Shown: positions 60,469 through 64,000 of the stretch, one piece after another
Numbering within the stretch: the stretch's first letter is position 1
How the letters are laid out: the number at the start of each line of letters is the position of its first letter
From: Vulcanimicrobiota bacterium
GTDB taxonomy: Bacteria > Vulcanimicrobiota > Xenobia > Xenobiales > JADMJV01
Length of the DNA stretch: 64,000 bases
Reading direction: 5' to 3'
Assembly: GCA_050250895.1 (NCBI GenBank)
Contig: JBFWNU010000004.1
Location: 526,934-590,933 of the forward strand
Position numbers and translations under genes: made by a program
The notes under the pieces: model-generated
Databases searched by the model: none
The model's input: the letters and a program-made list of their open reading frames with translations, nothing else
Told to the model about the DNA's origin: nothing

Positions 60469-62116
60469 AGCGGCTCCCTCCCGTGTTGCGATAGCCTCCC
60501 CCGATGATCTGCGTCTGGACGTTGAAAAATCCGTCATCGACGATCAGGTTGCCGTGGCCGTCGTAACGCTGTCTAGGCAGGGGCGGCAAGGCCTCGTAGT
60601 CGCGCTCAAGAGAATACTGGGTGTCGGGGGCCGAAGGGTCGAGCGACTTGATCAGCCGGCGGCCCTGGGCGTCGATGCCCAGCGAGTCGATACGAGTGTT
60701 GATACCCCCCGACGGAGTGGCCCGTCCACTGGCGTCGTAATGGGCAGCCTGGGCCGGAGGGATCGGCTTCCACTGGCCGTCTTCCAGGCGAAACAGGGTG
60801 TCGGCCGCGCCCGGATGCTCGCGTGAGGCCCAATAGACGGCGTGCAGACCGCTGTCGATGTTGGCCTCGGCGTGGCCCGTGTGCGGCGAGTAGCCGTCCT
60901 CTTTGACCAGGCCGGACTCGGTGTAATACTCGCGTGGCACCGGTGGCAGCGGGTCCCAGCCGGTGTCGGTCTTGCGATAGAGCACGTCGCGGCCGTCGGG
61001 CTCGCCCCACTGGGCATAGACCTCGGCATCCTGGTCTCCGGTCAGATTGAACAACACCTTGGGAAGCCCTGGTGCACCGACCAACTCTCCGGCGTCGTTA
61101 TAGTGCTGACTGGGAGGAGGCGGCAAGGCATCCCAACTGTTGGAATTGAAGTCGTATTGCAGCAGCATGTCGCCCCCCTGGCGCATGCAAGCTACATGGA
61201 GATGGTCATCGGAAGCGTGCATCTTGGCCAACAGGCCAGGGGCCTGGAAGCCTCCCGGTCGCACGATGTTGCCCGAGGCGTCGTAGTCCATCTTGGGAAT
61301 GGGTGGCAAAGCCTCCCAATTGGCCGAGTCGACGTTGAACTTCAAGATGGTCGACCGCCCCACAATGGCGTCCCAGATCGGACCAGCGCCGGCAGCCTCG
61401 GCCATGCCTGCCAGAGCGTAGATGTGGCCGGCCCCGTCCTGGGCGGCCATGTCGCCTTCGACCAGGCCGCGCACCAGATTGGTGAGAGGGTCATCCCCTT
61501 CGAGAAAGGCGTAGGAGGCGGCGAACAGGTTGCCGTGATTGTCGGCGCTCAAGAAGAAGAGGCTGTTGCAGTACTCGCCCGGCACCTGGTGCAAGTTTCC
61601 ATCCGAGGAGTAATACTGTAGCGGGGCCGGAGGGATCAGCTGCCAATCGGGCTCATCCCCGGTGCGATAGAAGATGGAGTCGGGATTGTTGGCTCCCAGC
61701 ACCGGGGACTGGGCGAAGGTGATCCCCTTCACGTCGGGCCGCTTGCGCACCACTCGCTCGAAGCTGCGAGCCTGACCGCGCCGGCCCTCGATGTAGGCCA
61801 GACCGTGGACGTGAAAAAGTCTGGGGTTGTCGGGGTCGACGGTGGCCCAGGCCTCGAGTTTCAAGCCGTCCTCCTCCTCGGTGTAGGGCGTGGCCTCGCT
61901 GTAGCTCTCGAAGGCCTCGTCCTGGTTGAGCAGCAAGATGGCCTTGTTGGTCACGGCCCGAGCCGCCTGGAGCCAGCGTGTCTCTTCAGCCTCGCGCTGG
62001 GTCAGGCGCAGGTTGATCGAGGCCTGCTGGGCGGCCACCGTGCCCAGCACGAAAAGCAAGAGCACGATAAATAGGGCGATAGGAATCGCCATGCCCTTGC
62101 GCCCCGGGAGTGTCAT
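60446..62116 (-). CDS. PilX/GspK-like pilin fused to a six-repeat propeller-like domain, paralog of 43376-45055
   Basis: RKG|MAIPIALF; RPDVKGITF, PDSIFY and six W-x2-[LI]-PPxP-type repeats. Confidence 0.75.
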   Translation of the reverse strand: MTLPGRKGMAIPIALFIVLLLFVLGTVAAQQASINLRLTQREAEETRWLQAARAVTNKAILLLNQDEAFESYSEATPYTEEEDGLKLEAWATVDPDNPRLFHVHGLAYIEGRRGQARSFERVVRKRPDVKGITFAQSPVLGANNPDSIFYRTGDEPDWQLIPPAPLQYYSSDGNLHQVPGEYCNSLFFLSADNHGNLFAASYAFLEGDDPLTNLVRGLVEGDMAAQDGAGHIYALAGMAEAAGAGPIWDAIVGRSTILKFNVDSANWEALPPIPKMDYDASGNIVRPGGFQAPGLLAKMHASDDHLHVACMRQGGDMLLQYDFNSNSWDALPPPPSQHYNDAGELVGAPGLPKVLFNLTGDQDAEVYAQWGEPDGRDVLYRKTDTGWDPLPPVPREYYTESGLVKEDGYSPHTGHAEANIDSGLHAVYWASREHPGAADTLFRLEDGQWKPIPPAQAAHYDASGRATPSGGINTRIDSLGIDAQGRRLIKSLDPSAPDTQYSLERDYEALPPLPRQRYDGHGNLIVDDGFFNVQTQIIGGGYRNTGGSRYVPMASY

Positions 62117-62143
62117 AGACCAAATATACCAGACGGAGCGGGA

Positions 62144-62614
62144 TCAGGCCACCGTTTCAAAGCCGTGGCGAGTGCTCTCGCGGAAAGTATCGAGGTTCTG
62201 GAAGGGGTCGACGCCCGCGGCTTTGAGTTCACGCTCGTGAGACAGGGTCTTGCGAGTGTGGTCGACATCGAGCACCGAGAAGCTGCTCAGGTCGGACACC
62301 TGGACGAACCGCTCCTGGGCGGGATCGAAAGCGTAGATGGGAGCATGCCGCTCCGAGAACGAGGCGATCTCTTTGGCCACGCCCGCGCCCACGCTGCCGT
62401 CCGAGTGGGTGGCGAAGAACACGCCGTCCTGGGCGTCGCACAGTTGCACGAAGTAGTCCATGCCCCCGCGCTGATAACCCTCGGAGTGGCAGGGCTGGTT
62501 GGGGTTCTCGACTCGGGTGTCGGGAAATTCGCGCTGAAAGCGCTGGCTGATGAGCCGCTCGACCGGGGTGTCGTACATGCTGGTGGGATGGGCGAAGTAG
62601 AAGTTTCTGACCAT
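62144..62614 (-). CDS. Nucleoside 2-deoxyribosyltransferase-like protein
   Basis: YFAHP, NPN, D..D, GAGVAKEI. Confidence 0.55.
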   Translation of the reverse strand: MVRNFYFAHPTSMYDTPVERLISQRFQREFPDTRVENPNQPCHSEGYQRGGMDYFVQLCDAQDGVFFATHSDGSVGAGVAKEIASFSERHAPIYAFDPAQERFVQVSDLSSFSVLDVDHTRKTLSHERELKAAGVDPFQNLDTFRESTRHGFETVA

Positions 62615-62697
62615 GCTCTGAGCCTATCTGACCGCGCTGAAATTCGCGTGAAAGTGGAACGACCAGGGTTGAAGGGCCCGGCTACGAACCAGCCTGG

Positions 62698-64000
62698 ATG
62701 AAGCTGCGGGACCTGGCCGACTTTCTCGACCAGATTCAAGAAGGCCATGTCGACTCCCACGGCGTGTTCACCCTGGACTGGTCGCGGGCCCAGGAGAAGC
62801 TGGCCAAATATCAAGCCGAGGCGCCCGGGTTGTGGCTGCTCAAGCTGTTGCAGTTTGCGGTGGCTCACGACTCCGAGTATTTTCTGGTGAAGGTGCGATT
62901 CGACACGACGGTTGTCGAGTTCAAGGCGCCAGCGGAGGGAGCCATCGAAGCGTTGACTACCCTCGACCCGGTCGGATGTTCTTCCCTCGACCATCTCCAG
63001 GTCGGAGTTCAGTCGCTGTGCACCGTCCCCAAGAGCGAAGCCACTCTGGCCTTCGGTGACCGAGAATACCCATTGAGAAACGGAGTGCTCATCGAACCTG
63101 GCGAGCCTCTCAAACGCCCCCTGGCTCACTTTCGCATCACCCGCCGCTGGAAATCAACCGGCCGCGGGCGGTTGTTCGACTATTTCGGGAACAGCCGGGT
63201 GCACCTGGATGAGTCGCTGTTTCTTCAAGAGATGGGTCGCTTCGCCCCCACCAGGCTTCTTTACGATGGGCGCCTGCTCAACGACCCCGTGGTCAACAAG
63301 CCGCCGGCGCTCCGGCTTGGGGTCTGGGTCGGACCGTTCCAACGCCGCCCGCGACCGGCCATCCCCTACGCTACCCTCGAGCGCATCGTGCTGACCCGAG
63401 CGCCCATGGAGCAGCGCCTGGTGGTCGCCGACCACAGCCTGCGCAGTCCAGAGTTTCTGGTGACCGACCACAACGCCTATCGCGTGAATGGCTACCACGC
63501 CTTCGTGCAGGAGTGGCAAATGGAGGATGGGCAGATCGAGTGCCGGCCTGACAAACTCAGAGAGTTTCTGCGCTCGTTGAGACCCCACTACAACTTTTTC
63601 ACCTCTCGCATCGAGCGAGCCGATGGCGAGACCGAACTCTGGTATGATTACAATCGTGGCCTGCCGGCCCTGAGTGCGCGCGGTTATCTGTCGCTTGACC
63701 TTGGCCAGGACCGGGAAGGCCGCCTTTATCTGGTGCATCACGGGGTGTGCATGAAGCACCGGCCGCTGGGCCCCAAGTTCAAGGGGTGTCTGGCGATCTG
63801 GAGTGTTCCCGAGGTACACACCGACCTGAGCCAGTTGCAGGTGCTCGACGACGAACTCTACGCCTCCATTCTGGCCACCGTCCAATCCCACTTCTCCGAG
63901 GCGGCGGCCACCCTGGTGCGCATAGCGGAGGAGCCCCGCGACCTTTGGCACCGCTATCAACGCCCGCTCGACGACATGCTCCTGGCCCGAGCCAGGGGGT
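62698..64000 (+). CDS. 3'-truncated hypothetical protein (GHKL/Hsp90-like N-terminus); absent from the ORF track
   Basis: Frame from ATG 62698 reads MKLRDLADFLDQIQEGHVDSHGVFTLDWSRAQEKLAKYQAEAPGLWLLKLLQFAV... and appears open to the window edge. Confidence 0.7.
   Translation, partial: MKLRDLADFLDQIQEGHVDSHGVFTLDWSRAQEKLAKYQAEAPGLWLLKLLQFAVAHDSEYFLVKVRFDTTVVEFKAPAEGAIEALTTLDPVGCSSLDHLQVGVQSLCTVPKSEATLAFGDREYPLRNGVLIEPGEPLKRPLAHFRITRRWKSTGRGRLFDYFGNSRVHLDESLFLQEMGRFAPTRLLYDGRLLNDPVVNKPPALRLGVWVGPFQRRPRPAIPYATLERIVLTRAPMEQRLVVADHSLRSPEFLVTDHNAYRVNGYHAFVQEWQMEDGQIECRPDKLREFLRSLRPHYNFFTSRIERADGETELWYDYNRGLPALSARGYLSLDLGQDREGRLYLVHHGVCMKHRPLGPKFKGCLAIWSVPEVHTDLSQLQVLDDELYASILATVQSHFSEAAATLVRIAEEPRDLWHRYQRPLDDMLLARARG

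Noticed and set aside
63154-63960. Minus-strand 268-aa ORF
   Set aside because: Antisense shadow of the plus-strand ORF starting at 62698, which has typical codon usage.

Overview
GC-rich bacterial chromosomal window with about 55 supportable CDSs. I found no rRNA, tRNA, CRISPR array, transposase or integrase. Gene style and paralog families suggest Ca. Eremiobacterota/Vulcanimicrobiota, but this is inference only. Housekeeping genes include pcrA, glgC plus a glgD-like paralog, a ClC antiporter and an ADP-forming acyl-CoA ligase. Around them lie three type IV pilin/pseudopilin cassettes (one inside a phosphorelay operon with PilB/PilC/PilM, next to an ethylene-receptor-like kinase), a Phd-VapC toxin-antitoxin pair, an ABC/AAA-ATPase + PIN candidate defence pair, an L,D-transpeptidase-CreBCD-like envelope module and two intergenic tandem-repeat arrays. 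The strongest unexplained signal is a set of about eight unrelated proteins (papain-like protease, Gly-rich protein, acyl-CoA ligase, SDR, PQQ propeller, caleosin, two small proteins) that share a non-Sec, S/T/P/A-rich N-terminal leader ending in a D/E-x-[VF]-x-x-S motif; some also share an upstream TTACA box. This points to a candidate undescribed export/effector regulon. Other notable items are a bacterial caleosin, a repetitive RiPP-like peptide beside an amidoligase, apparent leaderless genes and a HIP1-like excess of CTCGAG. All family assignments are by motif recognition, without database searches.
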